DNA from: Candidatus Lustribacter sp.
GTDB taxonomy: Bacteria > Vulcanimicrobiota > Vulcanimicrobiia > Vulcanimicrobiales > Vulcanimicrobiaceae
Length of the DNA: 64,000 nt
Direction of reading: 5' to 3'
Assembly (NCBI GenBank): GCA_965277805.1
Contig: OZ255842.1
Span: 3,872,001 to 3,936,000 of the forward strand
In this document: one piece after another, positions 29,988 through 40,134 of the stretch
How positions within the stretch are numbered: the stretch's first letter is position 1
How the letters are laid out: each line of letters opens with the position of its first letter
The notes under the pieces: model-generated
Databases searched by the model: none
Told to the model about the DNA's origin: nothing
What the model saw: the letters and a program-made list of their open reading frames with translations, nothing else
Position numbers and translations under genes: made by a program

Positions 29988-30788
29988 TTAGCCCTGACTC
30001 AAAAAGCGGTTGACGGACCGCAAAAACGCTTCGAACGCGCTGCGGTGCAGCGTGTGCCCCTCGCCCTCGAACACCTCGACCGTCACGTTGGGCCCGCCGT
30101 ATTGCCGCAAGAACGCGACGTCCTCGGGCGAGACGACCGAATCCGACGGATCGGCGAGCAGAACGAGCAACGGCTTCGGATACGCGCGCACGGTCTCGCG
30201 CAGATCCCACCGGCCGTCGTCGGCACCGTTCTCGGCGCCGAGCGCGACGATCGGATCGATCGTCATGTGCGCGAGCGCGTGCACCTTCGCGTCGATCTCC
30301 ACCGGCGCCGAGCCCGCGAACATCTCGCGCACCGCGGCTTCGCGCGCGCTCGCCGGCGTGGACATCAAGGGCACGAGATCGTCGACGAATTCGGTCCTCC
30401 ACTGGCCCGGCACCGGACGGATCATCGGATCGACCGCGATCACGCGCCGGCACGCAAGCTCGCGCCCGCCGAGCAGCACGATCGCGCCGCCCCAGGAATG
30501 TCCGAGCAGCGCGAAGACCTCGCCGACCACGGCACTCACCGCGAGCAGATCGCGCACCGATTGCGCGTGCGTCATCGGGCCCGCAACCGCGGCCGAATCG
30601 CCGTGACCGCGCTGATCGTAGGCGAACACGCGATACGACCCGGATAGCGCTTCCGCCGTGCGCACCCACGACTTGCGCGAGCTCGCAATGCCGTGCACGC
30701 ACAGCACCGCCGGGCCGCTGTTGCCCCACTGCTCGAGCGTGGTGACCGTGCCGTCGCCGAGATCGACCGTGCGCGTTGTGCTAGCCAC
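29988..30788 (-). CDS. Alpha/beta hydrolase
   Basis: [22 protein letters not shown]. Confidence 0.88.
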   Translation of the reverse strand: MASTTRTVDLGDGTVTTLEQWGNSGPAVLCVHGIASSRKSWVRTAEALSGSYRVFAYDQRGHGDSAAVAGPMTHAQSVRDLLAVSAVVGEVFALLGHSWGGAIVLLGGRELACRRVIAVDPMIRPVPGQWRTEFVDDLVPLMSTPASAREAAVREMFAGSAPVEIDAKVHALAHMTIDPIVALGAENGADDGRWDLRETVRAYPKPLLVLLADPSDSVVSPEDVAFLRQYGGPNVTVEVFEGEGHTLHRSAFEAFLRSVNRFLSQG

Positions 30789-31686
30789 CCGTAATATTGA
30801 CCGGCCGGCGATCGTTGAAGGTCAACTCCGCGACGCCCGACTTATCGAGTTCGCCCAGTCCCACTTCGACCATCAGTTCGTACTGGCTCAAGGTCGCCGC
30901 GGCCAGCGGCAAGACGACGCCGGCTTCGTGTCCGAGGTCGAAGGCGATGCCCGAATCCTTGGCCGCGTGCGCGGCGGAGAAATACGTCTCGTGTTCGCGA
31001 TTCTGCATGTCCTCGCCGTCGGTGACGAGCACGCGCGAAGCGGCGCCGGTTTGCGAGAACACCTCGCGCAGCATCGCAAGATCGAGTCCGAGCGCGTTGC
31101 CCAGACCGAGCGCCTCGGCCAAACCGGCCGTGTTGATGTTCATCAGCATATTCACCAGCGCTTTGACCTGCGCGGCCTTCCCCGGCCCGCCGATCCAGCG
31201 CATCGATGACGACATCTTCTCGAGCATCGGCTTCACGTGCGCGTAGGCGGTTTCATCGCCCGCGCACATCAGGTAGAGCTCGCCGTTGCGCGCCTGCGGA
31301 ATCGAGCTCGCCATGCACGCCTCGACCGCCGTCCCGCCGGCGGCCGCGATCAGCTCGTCGACCGCCACGTGGACGCTGGGCGTGATCGTCGCGGCATTGA
31401 TGAAGATCTTGCCCTGCGCGCCGGTCAAAAGCGAATCGCCGCTGGTCGCGTAGATCGCATACATCGCCGCATCGTCGGTGACGACCGTGACGATCACATC
31501 GCTTGCAGCCGTTACGGCGGCAAGCTTCTCGGGTGCCATCGCGCCCAGCTCCGCAGCCAGGTCGCGCGCCCGCGCATGATCGACGTCATACACCGCGCTT
31601 ACTGCATATCCGACGTCCTTGAGGCGGCGCGCCATGTTCGCGCCCATGCGTCCGACCCCGACAAAACCGATCTTCTCGCTCATCAC
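30781..31686 (-). CDS. 3-hydroxyisobutyrate dehydrogenase family oxidoreductase
   Basis: GFVGVGRMG Rossmann motif, catalytic K in QVKALVN, AAKD. Confidence 0.85.
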   Translation of the reverse strand: MMSEKIGFVGVGRMGANMARRLKDVGYAVSAVYDVDHARARDLAAELGAMAPEKLAAVTAASDVIVTVVTDDAAMYAIYATSGDSLLTGAQGKIFINAATITPSVHVAVDELIAAAGGTAVEACMASSIPQARNGELYLMCAGDETAYAHVKPMLEKMSSSMRWIGGPGKAAQVKALVNMLMNINTAGLAEALGLGNALGLDLAMLREVFSQTGAASRVLVTDGEDMQNREHETYFSAAHAAKDSGIAFDLGHEAGVVLPLAAATLSQYELMVEVGLGELDKSGVAELTFNDRRPVNITGG

Positions 31687-31689
31687 GGC

Positions 31690-33234
31690 CTATTTGGCCG
31701 CTTGGTCGACGCCCTCCCAGGGGGACTCGGACTCGGCGAGTTCGAGAGCCCGCCCGTGCAGGTAGCGCGCCGCACCGTCGGCCGCATCGCGGCGCAGCAC
31801 GTCGTTGAAGCGCTCGGCTGCCTCGGCGAACGCACCGGCGACGAACGCGCCGACCGCGGCGGTGAACGGCTCGGCGGTCGCGCGCTTGGCGGCAAGACGA
31901 TCGGGCGGATCGCCGTCGAGCACCTCATATAGCCCAACGCCTAGACGCTTCCCCATCACGGCGACGCGACCGAGGAAGCGCATCGTGTATGCATCCGGAT
32001 CGGTCAGCCCCGCGCGGATCTCGCCGGTCACGATCACGCGCGCCCCAAAGTACTTCGTGAGGCCCTCGACGCGCGAGGCCACGTTGACCGCGTCGGCGAT
32101 CACCGTGCCGTCCATCCGCTCGTGCTCGCCGATCGTGCCGAGCATGAGCGAGCCGCAGTGGACGCCCACGCCGACCGCGATCGGTGCGAGGTTGTTGGCC
32201 GCGCGCTCGACGTTGAGCGCGGCGACGGCGCTCTGCAGCGCAACGGCCGCGCGAACGCCGTCGTCGGCCGCGCGCGGGAAGAGCGCCATGATCGCATCGC
32301 CGACGTACTTGTCGACGATTCCGCCGTGTTCGCGCACGACGGGTCCGGTGCGCGAGAGCAGGCCGTTGATGAAACCGAACGTCTCGTTGGGCGAGAGCGA
32401 TTCGGAGATCGTCGTGAACGAGCGCACGTCGCTGAAGAGCACGGTCATGTGGCGCTCGATGCCGTCGCCGAGCCGCACGTCGCGCACGTCGTCTTTTCCG
32501 AGCAGATCGAGGAACGTGCGCGGCACGAAGCGCGAGTACGCGACGTTGAGCGTGCTGATCTCCTCGATCGTGCGACGTTGCGCGCGATCGCGTTCTTCGT
32601 TGGCGAATGCGATTCGGTCGGCGAGTCCGAGCGCCAGCGTCAGCGCTTGAAAGACCGTGCCGATCTCCAAACCGCGCGCGAAGAGCGGACCGAACGCTCC
32701 GAGTTGCGCGCCGGAATTCGCGACGTACCACATCAGCGAGCCGATGAAAAACCCGATGTACGCGATGCCGAAATACGTCGCGACGCGAACCCGCTGACGC
32801 ACTGCCGCGACCAGCGCCGATCCGGCGACAACGAGCAGCGCGAGCGCCAGCGCTTCCATCGCGACCTGATAGCGCGGGCCGCGCCAGACCGCGAACGGCG
32901 CCGCCACCGCGAACAGGCAGGTCAGGCCGAAGAAGACGCGTTCCAACCGCGGCTGCAGCGGGCGCAGCGAAAGAAACGTGCGGAAGAGCCAATAGCCCAG
33001 AAACGCCAGTACGGCAAAGGTCCACCAGAACAGCTGCTTGGCGTCCGCCGTGAGACCGAGCACCGAGAGATACCGCGGGTAGCGCGCGAGTTGGAAGACC
33101 GTCAGCGCGGCGAGATACGAGCCGTAGGACAGAAACTCGGGCACGCGCAGGATCGCGTACATCAGCAAGTGATAGATCGCGACGGCCGCAACCAAACCGA
33201 AGAACGCGCCGAAGAACATCGCATCGAGCGTCAC
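31690..33234 (-). CDS. Membrane adenylate/guanylate cyclase (7TM-DISM-like helices + class III cyclase)
   Basis: About 7 TM segments ending LADRI; LFSDVRSFT, VDKYVGDAIMA, DAVNVASRVE; GTGA overlap with meaB. Confidence 0.88.
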   Translation of the reverse strand: MTLDAMFFGAFFGLVAAVAIYHLLMYAILRVPEFLSYGSYLAALTVFQLARYPRYLSVLGLTADAKQLFWWTFAVLAFLGYWLFRTFLSLRPLQPRLERVFFGLTCLFAVAAPFAVWRGPRYQVAMEALALALLVVAGSALVAAVRQRVRVATYFGIAYIGFFIGSLMWYVANSGAQLGAFGPLFARGLEIGTVFQALTLALGLADRIAFANEERDRAQRRTIEEISTLNVAYSRFVPRTFLDLLGKDDVRDVRLGDGIERHMTVLFSDVRSFTTISESLSPNETFGFINGLLSRTGPVVREHGGIVDKYVGDAIMALFPRAADDGVRAAVALQSAVAALNVERAANNLAPIAVGVGVHCGSLMLGTIGEHERMDGTVIADAVNVASRVEGLTKYFGARVIVTGEIRAGLTDPDAYTMRFLGRVAVMGKRLGVGLYEVLDGDPPDRLAAKRATAEPFTAAVGAFVAGAFAEAAERFNDVLRRDAADGAARYLHGRALELAESESPWEGVDQAAK

Positions 33235-34142
33235 GGCGGAACGAGCGTCCCGAATCGTGCCAGCACGTCGTGCGCGGCCGTGTACGGATCGCCGCCGTCC
33301 GGCAGCGCCGACACCGCCTCCTTGACCCGCCGTTCGAGCGCGCCGACGGCCAGTGCGCGCACGCGATGCTCGTAGGCCGCGCGCCGTTTGTGCGCGATCT
33401 CGCCCGACGAGCGCAGGTAGGCGTCGTGTTCCGCGATTGCGTTCCACAGCGCGTCGACGCCTTGGCCGTCGATCGCTTGGGTCGCAACGAGCTGCGGCAC
33501 CCAGCCGGCGTACTCGATCATCTCCATCATCGAGCGGATCTCGCGTTCCAGCTGCGGCGCCATCGGGTGATCGCGTTTGTTCACGACGAACACGTCGGCG
33601 ATCTCGAGGATCCCGGCCTTGAGCATCTGCACGCTATCGCCCGAACCGGGCTGCAGCGCCACGAGGATCGTGTCCGCGATCTCGGCGATCTCGATTTCCG
33701 ACTGGCCGACGCCGACCGTCTCGATCAGCACCACGTCGAAGCCGAACGCATCCATCAGCGTCGCCGCATCGGCCGTCGCGCCCGCGACGCCGCCCAGGTG
33801 GCCACGGCTGGCCATCGATCGGATGAACACACCTTCGTCAACGAAATGCTCGGTCAGCCGGATTCGATCGCCGAGCAGGGCGCCGTGCGAAAACGGCGAG
33901 CTCGGATCGACCGAGATGACGCCGACGGTCTTGTTCCGGCGGCGCAGGCGAACGACCAGCGACGCGGTTAGCGTCGACTTGCCGACGCCGGGCGGTCCGG
34001 TCAGGCCGATCGTCATCGCCCGGCCGGCCCGCTCGAACACGGCCCGGATCAACGGCTCGCCCAGGCCGGACTCGCAGCGCGTGATCGCGCGGGCGAGCGC
34101 GCGCTGCTCGCCGCGGTCGAACGCCGCCAACAGATCCTCCAT
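33231..34142 (-). CDS. meaB: Acyl-CoA mutase-associated GTPase (MeaB/ArgK)
   Basis: GPPGVGKST, VDPSSP, LGDRIR, IETVGVGQSE, NKRD. Confidence 0.92.
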   Translation of the reverse strand: MEDLLAAFDRGEQRALARAITRCESGLGEPLIRAVFERAGRAMTIGLTGPPGVGKSTLTASLVVRLRRRNKTVGVISVDPSSPFSHGALLGDRIRLTEHFVDEGVFIRSMASRGHLGGVAGATADAATLMDAFGFDVVLIETVGVGQSEIEIAEIADTILVALQPGSGDSVQMLKAGILEIADVFVVNKRDHPMAPQLEREIRSMMEMIEYAGWVPQLVATQAIDGQGVDALWNAIAEHDAYLRSSGEIAHKRRAAYEHRVRALAVGALERRVKEAVSALPDGGDPYTAAHDVLARFGTLVPP

Positions 34143-34196
34143 GGCCTACGCTCTTCGGCCCGAGGACAGGGTACACCGGCGGCCAATCCCGCGCCG

Positions 34197-37100
34197 ATGG
34201 ACTCCCGTGGCTACTACCGCACCCCCACGATCGCCGGTGACACGATCGTCTTCGTTTGTGAGGACGATTTGTGGAGCGTCGCCGCGCGCGGCGGGCTCGC
34301 GCGCCGGCTGACCGCGGGTCCCGCCACGGTCGCGCTGCCGCGCCTCTCGCCCGACGGCTCGACCGTGGCGTACGTCGGCAGTGATGAAGGAACACCGGAG
34401 GTCTACACGATTCCGGCGCTGGGCGGTCCGCCGCGGCGCTTGACCTTCCTCGGCAGCAGCGCGCTCTACGTCTGCGGCTGGTCGCGCGACGGCAGTGAGA
34501 TCTTCTTCACCTCCGATGCGGGCGTGCCGTTCGTCAAGGAAACGCTGGCGTTCGCGATCGGCCGCGACGGCGGCGAACCCCGGCGGTTGCCGCTCGGCCA
34601 TGCGATGAGCCTCGACGTCGCGGCCGGCGGCGCCACGCTGCTCGGACGCAACAACATCGATCCGGCGCGCTGGAAGCGCTATCGCGGCGGAACGGCCGGC
34701 CATCTGTGGGTCGACGCGACCGGTTCGGGTACGTTCGCGCGCCTTGGCGCGGAGCTCGACGGCAACCTGGTCTGGCCGATGTGGCTCGGCACGCGCGTCG
34801 CGTTTCTCTCCGATCACGAAGGCATCGGCAACCTCTACTCCGCGAACGCCGACGGCTCCGGCGTGCAGCGCCTGACGGACGAGCGCGAGTACTTCGCGCG
34901 CTTCCCGTCGACCGACGGCACGCGCATCGTCTACGCGTGCGGCGGCGAGATCGTGCTGCTCGCGCCCGGCAGCGCGCCCGTGCGCGTGCCGATCGAAACG
35001 CCGTCGGCCGCGCCGCAGACCGCGCGCCGCTTCGTCGACGCCGGCGATCTGCTCGGCGCGTACGCGCCCTCACCCGACGGCAAGGCGCTGGCGCTCGTTT
35101 CGCGCGGGCGCGCGTACACGATGCCGTTGTGGGAAGCGGCCGTCAGCGAACTCGGCACCGGCACGACGGCGCGCCGCCGCGCGGTCGCGTGGCTGCACGA
35201 CGGCGAGCGCGTGGCCTACGTCGACGACAGCGCGGGGTTCGAACGCATCGCGGTCGAGCCGGTCGATCAGAGCGCGCCGCCTGCCTACGTGACGACGGCC
35301 GACGTCGGCCGCATCACCGAACTCGCGGTCTCGCCGTGCAGCGACCGCATCGCGTTTGCGAATCACCGGCACGAACTCTTCGTGCTCGATCTCGGCAGCG
35401 AACCGCGTAAGCTCGATGCGAGCCAAGCCTGGCGCTGCATCGACCTGGCGTTTTCGCCCGACGGGAAGTGGCTCGCGTACGTCGTGTCGCCCAAATCCAG
35501 CACGATGATCGTGCGCATCGCCGATTGCGATTCCGGCACCGTCGTCGACGCTACCGAAGCGCTGCGCGAAGATCGCGCGCCGGCGTGGGACCCCGAAGGC
35601 AAGTATCTGTACTTCATCTCGGCGCGCGACTTCAACCCGATCTACGACGCGCTGCAATTCGACCTGAGCTTTCCGCACGCGATGCGTCCCTATGTCGTGA
35701 CGTTGCGCCGCGACGTGCCCAATCCGTTCGTTCCCGTGCCTGCGCCGCTGCACCAAGCGAAGGACGACGAAGACGACGATGCGGACGATGACGGCGACGA
35801 CGGCAAAGACGACAAGGCAAAGAAAGCTCCCAAGCCCGTGCTGATCGACACGGACGGCTTGGCGCACCGCATCCTCGCGTTCCCGGTCGAAGAGGGCAAC
35901 TACGCGCGCGTGGCCGGCGTCAAGGGCCGCGCGCTGTTTTCGCGCTTTCCAGTACACGGCATCAAGACGAGCTCGCGCCACGACGACGACGAGGAAGGCG
36001 GCGCGCTCGTCGCCTACGACTTCCGCAGCGAACGCAGCGCGACGCTGGCGAATGACATCGACGGCTTCGTGCTCGGCGCCGACGCTCGCACGCTGGTCTA
36101 CGAATCGCACGGCAAACTGCGCGCGATCGACGCCGGCGGCGAATTGCCCGAAGACGATCCCGAAGACAAAGCCCCGACGGAAACCAACCGCCGCAGCGGC
36201 TGGCTCGATCTCGGCCGCATCGGCGTGCTGGTCGAACCGCGCACCGAGTGGGCGCAGATGCTGCGCGAAGCGTGGCGTCTGCAGCGCGAACAGTTCTGGG
36301 ATCCGCAGATGTCGGGAATCGATTGGAACGCGGTGCTCGTCCGCTACGAAGCGCTGCTGCCGCGCATCCGCACGCGGGCCGAACTCTCCGATTTGATCTG
36401 GGAAATGCAAGGCGAACTCGGCACCTCGCACGCCTACGAGATCGGCGGCGATCTGCGCGTTCCGCCGCAGTACAAACGCGGCTTTCTCGGCGCCGACTAT
36501 CATTGGGACCCGGAACGCAAGGGCTACCGCATCGATGCTATCCTGCGCGGCGATTCGTGGAACCGCGGCGACGACTCGCCGCTCGCCGAGCCCGGCGTCG
36601 ACGTGGCGCCGGGCGATGCGATCGTAGCGATCGCCGGCACGCGCGTCTCGGCCGAACGCACGCCCGACGAGCTGCTCGTCAACCTCGCGAACCGCGACGT
36701 CGCGGTCGACATCGAGCGCGCCGGCAAGACCACGCGCGTGCTGGTGCATGCGATGCGCGACGAACGCACGCTGCGCTACCGTTCGTGGGTGAACGCCAAT
36801 CGCAAGCTCGTGCACGAACGCACCGGCGGCCGCGTCGGCTACGTGCACATCCCCGACATGGGACCGTGGGGCTTCGCGGAATTCCACCGCGGCTACCTGA
36901 CCGAATTCGAACGCGACGGTTTGATCGTCGACGTGCGCTACAACCGCGGCGGCCATGTGTCACCGCTGCTGCTCGAAAAGCTCGCGCGCAAGCGCGTCGG
37001 TTACGACGTTTCGCGCTACGGTCCGCCGCAGCCGTATCCGCCCGAATCGCTGGGCGGTCCGATGGTCGCGCTGACCAACCAGTTTGCCGGCTCGGACGGC

Positions 37101-37436
37101 GACATCTTCTCGCACTGCTTCAAACTCTACGGGCTCGGAACGCTGGTCGGCATGCGCACGTGGGGCGGCGTCGTCGGCATCAATCCCTATCACGAACTCG
37201 TCGACGGCACGGTGACGACGCAGCCGGAATACTCGTTCTGGTTCGTCGACGCGGGCTGGCACGTGGAGAACTACGGCACGGACCCCGACGTGGAAGTGGA
37301 CATCGCGCCGCAGGACTCAGCCGCCGGCCGCGATCCACAGATGGACAAGGGGCTCGAGTTGATCCAGGCGGCGCTCGCGAACGTCCCCGCGCGGCCCGCG
37401 TTCCCGCCGTATCCAAACCGGCGTTATCCGCTGTGA
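34197..37436 (+). CDS. Tricorn protease homolog (S41)
   Basis: Beta-propeller SPDG repeats, WKRYRGG, SHAY, PDZ-like region, GSDGDIF, RTWGG. Confidence 0.93.
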   Translation: MDSRGYYRTPTIAGDTIVFVCEDDLWSVAARGGLARRLTAGPATVALPRLSPDGSTVAYVGSDEGTPEVYTIPALGGPPRRLTFLGSSALYVCGWSRDGSEIFFTSDAGVPFVKETLAFAIGRDGGEPRRLPLGHAMSLDVAAGGATLLGRNNIDPARWKRYRGGTAGHLWVDATGSGTFARLGAELDGNLVWPMWLGTRVAFLSDHEGIGNLYSANADGSGVQRLTDEREYFARFPSTDGTRIVYACGGEIVLLAPGSAPVRVPIETPSAAPQTARRFVDAGDLLGAYAPSPDGKALALVSRGRAYTMPLWEAAVSELGTGTTARRRAVAWLHDGERVAYVDDSAGFERIAVEPVDQSAPPAYVTTADVGRITELAVSPCSDRIAFANHRHELFVLDLGSEPRKLDASQAWRCIDLAFSPDGKWLAYVVSPKSSTMIVRIADCDSGTVVDATEALREDRAPAWDPEGKYLYFISARDFNPIYDALQFDLSFPHAMRPYVVTLRRDVPNPFVPVPAPLHQAKDDEDDDADDDGDDGKDDKAKKAPKPVLIDTDGLAHRILAFPVEEGNYARVAGVKGRALFSRFPVHGIKTSSRHDDDEEGGALVAYDFRSERSATLANDIDGFVLGADARTLVYESHGKLRAIDAGGELPEDDPEDKAPTETNRRSGWLDLGRIGVLVEPRTEWAQMLREAWRLQREQFWDPQMSGIDWNAVLVRYEALLPRIRTRAELSDLIWEMQGELGTSHAYEIGGDLRVPPQYKRGFLGADYHWDPERKGYRIDAILRGDSWNRGDDSPLAEPGVDVAPGDAIVAIAGTRVSAERTPDELLVNLANRDVAVDIERAGKTTRVLVHAMRDERTLRYRSWVNANRKLVHERTGGRVGYVHIPDMGPWGFAEFHRGYLTEFERDGLIVDVRYNRGGHVSPLLLEKLARKRVGYDVSRYGPPQPYPPESLGGPMVALTNQFAGSDGDIFSHCFKLYGLGTLVGMRTWGGVVGINPYHELVDGTVTTQPEYSFWFVDAGWHVENYGTDPDVEVDIAPQDSAAGRDPQMDKGLELIQAALANVPARPAFPPYPNRRYPL

Positions 37437-37978
37437 TCACCCCGCAGATCCGGCGTGCGGCGATCGACGTCTTTCCGATCGGCACGCCGGTCCTGATCGC
37501 GGCGAGTGAAGCGGCCGGCTTCGCGCAGCTAGTGGCCGAGCGCGGTGACCCGAACGTTGCGTGGGTGCCCCTCGGAGCGCAACCGCCCGCGTCGACCGCG
37601 CCGCATCTGCTGCTCGAAGGGATCGACGATCTCTTCGATCCGGCGGGTTATCTTCGCGCGGCCCGCGCGTCGCTGCCCGAGGCTCGCATCTTCGCGCTGA
37701 TCGCGAACGCCGGACATCTGATCGGCCTCGGCGCATTTTTCGCCGGCCGGCCCCTCGCCGCCGGTCATCCGCTCTCGGAAAGCGAGATCGCACCGCTGTT
37801 CGGCACCGCGGGCTGGAAGGTGCTCGCCGTCCAGCGACTGCTCGACGAACCGTTGCCCGAGCCGCACTCGGCACCCGTGGTGGTGACCGTCGGCGACGTA
37901 AGTTTCGAATGCGCCACGCCGCAGGACCTCGAGCGCGGACGTACGGCGGGCTTCCTCGTCATCGCCGACCGCGCATGA
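37433..37978 (+). CDS. Hypothetical protein, degenerate methyltransferase-like fold
   Basis: GTGA overlap with tricorn stop; resembles C-terminal half of 38622-39986. Confidence 0.6.
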   Translation: MITPQIRRAAIDVFPIGTPVLIAASEAAGFAQLVAERGDPNVAWVPLGAQPPASTAPHLLLEGIDDLFDPAGYLRAARASLPEARIFALIANAGHLIGLGAFFAGRPLAAGHPLSESEIAPLFGTAGWKVLAVQRLLDEPLPEPHSAPVVVTVGDVSFECATPQDLERGRTAGFLVIADRA

Positions 37979-37990
37979 TAGCATAGGTCC

Positions 37991-38617
37991 ATGGCTGACA
38001 ACGTAACGATGACGATCCCGATTGTGACCGTATCGGATCTCGCGCTGCCCCGTTGGATGTCGCCGTTTGCTCGCCAGCTCTTTGCTATCCCCACCCACAT
38101 GACGGCGCAAGAGCGTCTGATGCTCATGCAGCTCGCACTGAATGCCGGCGATGGTTTCACGGCGCTCGAAATCGGCAGCTATTTGGGCGCGAGCACGGCT
38201 TTTCTCGGCTTCTCCGCGCTGCACAAAAACGGTACCGTTCACGCCGTCGATCCATGGACGAACAACGCCATGGGCTCCGAAGGCGAACGCGACACGTTTG
38301 GAGAGTTTCGCCGCAACACGGCGTCCTTCGAGCACTACATCGTGCCGCATCGCGGAACGTCGGCTGAAATTCACGCCCGCGAAACCGTGATCCCGTGTAA
38401 CCTGCTGTTCATCGACGGCGATCACAGCTACGACGCGGTCGCGGCCGATTTGCGCATGTGGCTGCCGAGCTTGAAACCGGGCGGCACGCTCGCGATGCAT
38501 GACATTGATTCGCCGCCCGTCGCGCAAGCGTTCAACGAAATCGCACCCTCGCTCGCGCTCGAGGGACCGCCACAGATGACGGACCGCTTGCTATTCTGCA
38601 AACTCGCATCCGCCTGA
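37991..38617 (+). CDS. Class I SAM-dependent methyltransferase (Methyltransf_24-like)
   Basis: LEIGSYLGAS, AVDPW, LFIDGDHSY, LKPGG..AMHD. Confidence 0.88.
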   Translation: MADNVTMTIPIVTVSDLALPRWMSPFARQLFAIPTHMTAQERLMLMQLALNAGDGFTALEIGSYLGASTAFLGFSALHKNGTVHAVDPWTNNAMGSEGERDTFGEFRRNTASFEHYIVPHRGTSAEIHARETVIPCNLLFIDGDHSYDAVAADLRMWLPSLKPGGTLAMHDIDSPPVAQAFNEIAPSLALEGPPQMTDRLLFCKLASA

Positions 38618-38621
38618 GCGA

Positions 38622-39986
38622 ATGATCCTCGACTGCTTCACGTTCTTCAATGAGTTTGACGTGCTCGAACTGCGTTTGCGCACGCTCGGCGACGTCGTCG
38701 ACACGTTCGTGATCTGTGAAGCGCCGTTCACGTTCAGGGGTAATCCGAAGCCGCTGTACTTTGCTGATGAAGCGGCGCGGTTCGCACCCTGGAGCGATCG
38801 CTTGCGGCTGATCGCGCTGCCCGGACCTCCGGCCGCGATTGCGTGGGACAACGAAGCCGCGCAACGTTCGTTTCTCGCGACCGCACTCACGGACTGCGCG
38901 CCCGGCGACGTTATTCTCATCGGCGACGTCGACGAGATTCCCGATCCGCGACTGCTCGCGACGCCACCCGCCGCCGGCCGCATCGTCACGCACCGGATGG
39001 TCCTGATGCGCGGCTACGCAAACCGCGCCGACTTCGGCGGTGCGCCATCGTGGTACGGAACGCGCGCGCTGCGCGCCGGCGATCTCGCCGCCTTCGGAAC
39101 ATTGAATGACGTGCGCTATCATCCGTTCGCCGATACCGACGTCGTCAGCGGCGGTTGGCACTTTTCGTCCTTTGGCGGCGGCGAAGTCATGGAGCGGAAG
39201 CTGCGCTCGTTTTCGCACGCCGAACTAGATATTCGCTACCTGCGCGATCGCCGGCGCCTCGACGTCCATTACGAAGGCGCCGGCGGAGAAGCGGGCACCG
39301 TCGAGGTTTCCCTCGACACGCTGCCCGCGCCGCTACGCGAAGATGCTCGCTGGGCGCCTTATCTCTGGCGTCAAAGCAGCGCGCTCGCGCCCGAACACAC
39401 CGCGCTGCTCGAACACGCCCACGGCTGCCTCGCGTACGTCCCCGACGACGCAACCGGGGTGGCCGTGCTCGCCGCGCAGCCCGGCGTGTGGAGCGAGGCC
39501 GCCGCGGAGCGATTCGGCGCGGGCTTCCGCGGCGTTTTCACCGATGCGGCTGACCTCGCCGCGGCGGAGCCGGCGTGGATCGTCGTCGACGGTCTCGAAC
39601 GCCAGCCCGAAACGGCGCTCACTCGCTTACGCCGGACGGGTGCGACGGTGATTGCTTTCGCCGCCAACGCGCGCTCGCTCGAGCCGATGACGGAAGCGCT
39701 CGCCGGGCGGCCGCTTCCACCGGGCCGCGCTCTCGGGCGCGCCGAGTATGTGGCGGAAATGCGCGCTGCCGGGTTCGACGTGGGACCGGCCGACCGCGTA
39801 CCGACCCGCCTGATGCCCTGGACGATGCCGGCCCCCGGCAGCACCGCGCTCTACCGGATCTCGGTCGGCGCGTTCCGCTTTCCCGAGCTCCAGGCCGAGG
39901 CGCTGGCCGACTTCCAGACCAACGCCTTCATCTTTACCCTGAACCCAAGCCCCGCGTTTGACCCCTCTGCCTCAGCCGTGGTATGA
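38622..39986 (+). CDS. GT17 (MGAT3-like) glycosyltransferase fused to a degenerate methyltransferase-like domain
   Basis: DCFTFFNEFDVLELR, TFRGNPKPL, GDVDEIP, GGWHFS. Confidence 0.82.
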   Translation: MILDCFTFFNEFDVLELRLRTLGDVVDTFVICEAPFTFRGNPKPLYFADEAARFAPWSDRLRLIALPGPPAAIAWDNEAAQRSFLATALTDCAPGDVILIGDVDEIPDPRLLATPPAAGRIVTHRMVLMRGYANRADFGGAPSWYGTRALRAGDLAAFGTLNDVRYHPFADTDVVSGGWHFSSFGGGEVMERKLRSFSHAELDIRYLRDRRRLDVHYEGAGGEAGTVEVSLDTLPAPLREDARWAPYLWRQSSALAPEHTALLEHAHGCLAYVPDDATGVAVLAAQPGVWSEAAAERFGAGFRGVFTDAADLAAAEPAWIVVDGLERQPETALTRLRRTGATVIAFAANARSLEPMTEALAGRPLPPGRALGRAEYVAEMRAAGFDVGPADRVPTRLMPWTMPAPGSTALYRISVGAFRFPELQAEALADFQTNAFIFTLNPSPAFDPSASAVV

Positions 39987-39987
39987 T
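39958..39987 (+). promoter_or_regulatory. Sigma70-type promoter of the infC operon
   Basis: TTGACC-N18-TATGAT with extended -10 TG. Confidence 0.7.
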
Positions 39988-39992
39988 CCGCG

Positions 39993-40120
39993 AGCCGAAG
40001 CAGCGTCGAGAGACGCTCACCGGATGCCTCACGGCGATCCGGTCGCAACCTCAGGAGCCCGTCGGCACGGGTCTCGTGAATAGCGGAGATGCTTCGGCGT
40101 CCCCGTTCTTTTGTTTTTGT
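39993..40120 (+). ncRNA. Probable L20 leader (ribosomal protein autoregulatory attenuator)
   Basis: Located before infC-rpmI-rplT; stacked hairpins (agcgtc/gacgct, ccggat/atccgg, cccgt/acggg) ending in a U-tailed terminator at about 40083-40118. Confidence 0.65.
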
Positions 40121-40134
40121 CAGGAGTAAAGCCC

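Noticed and set aside
35760-35830. gacgac-type repeats within tricorn
   Set aside because: Encode an acidic low-complexity loop, not a DNA repeat element
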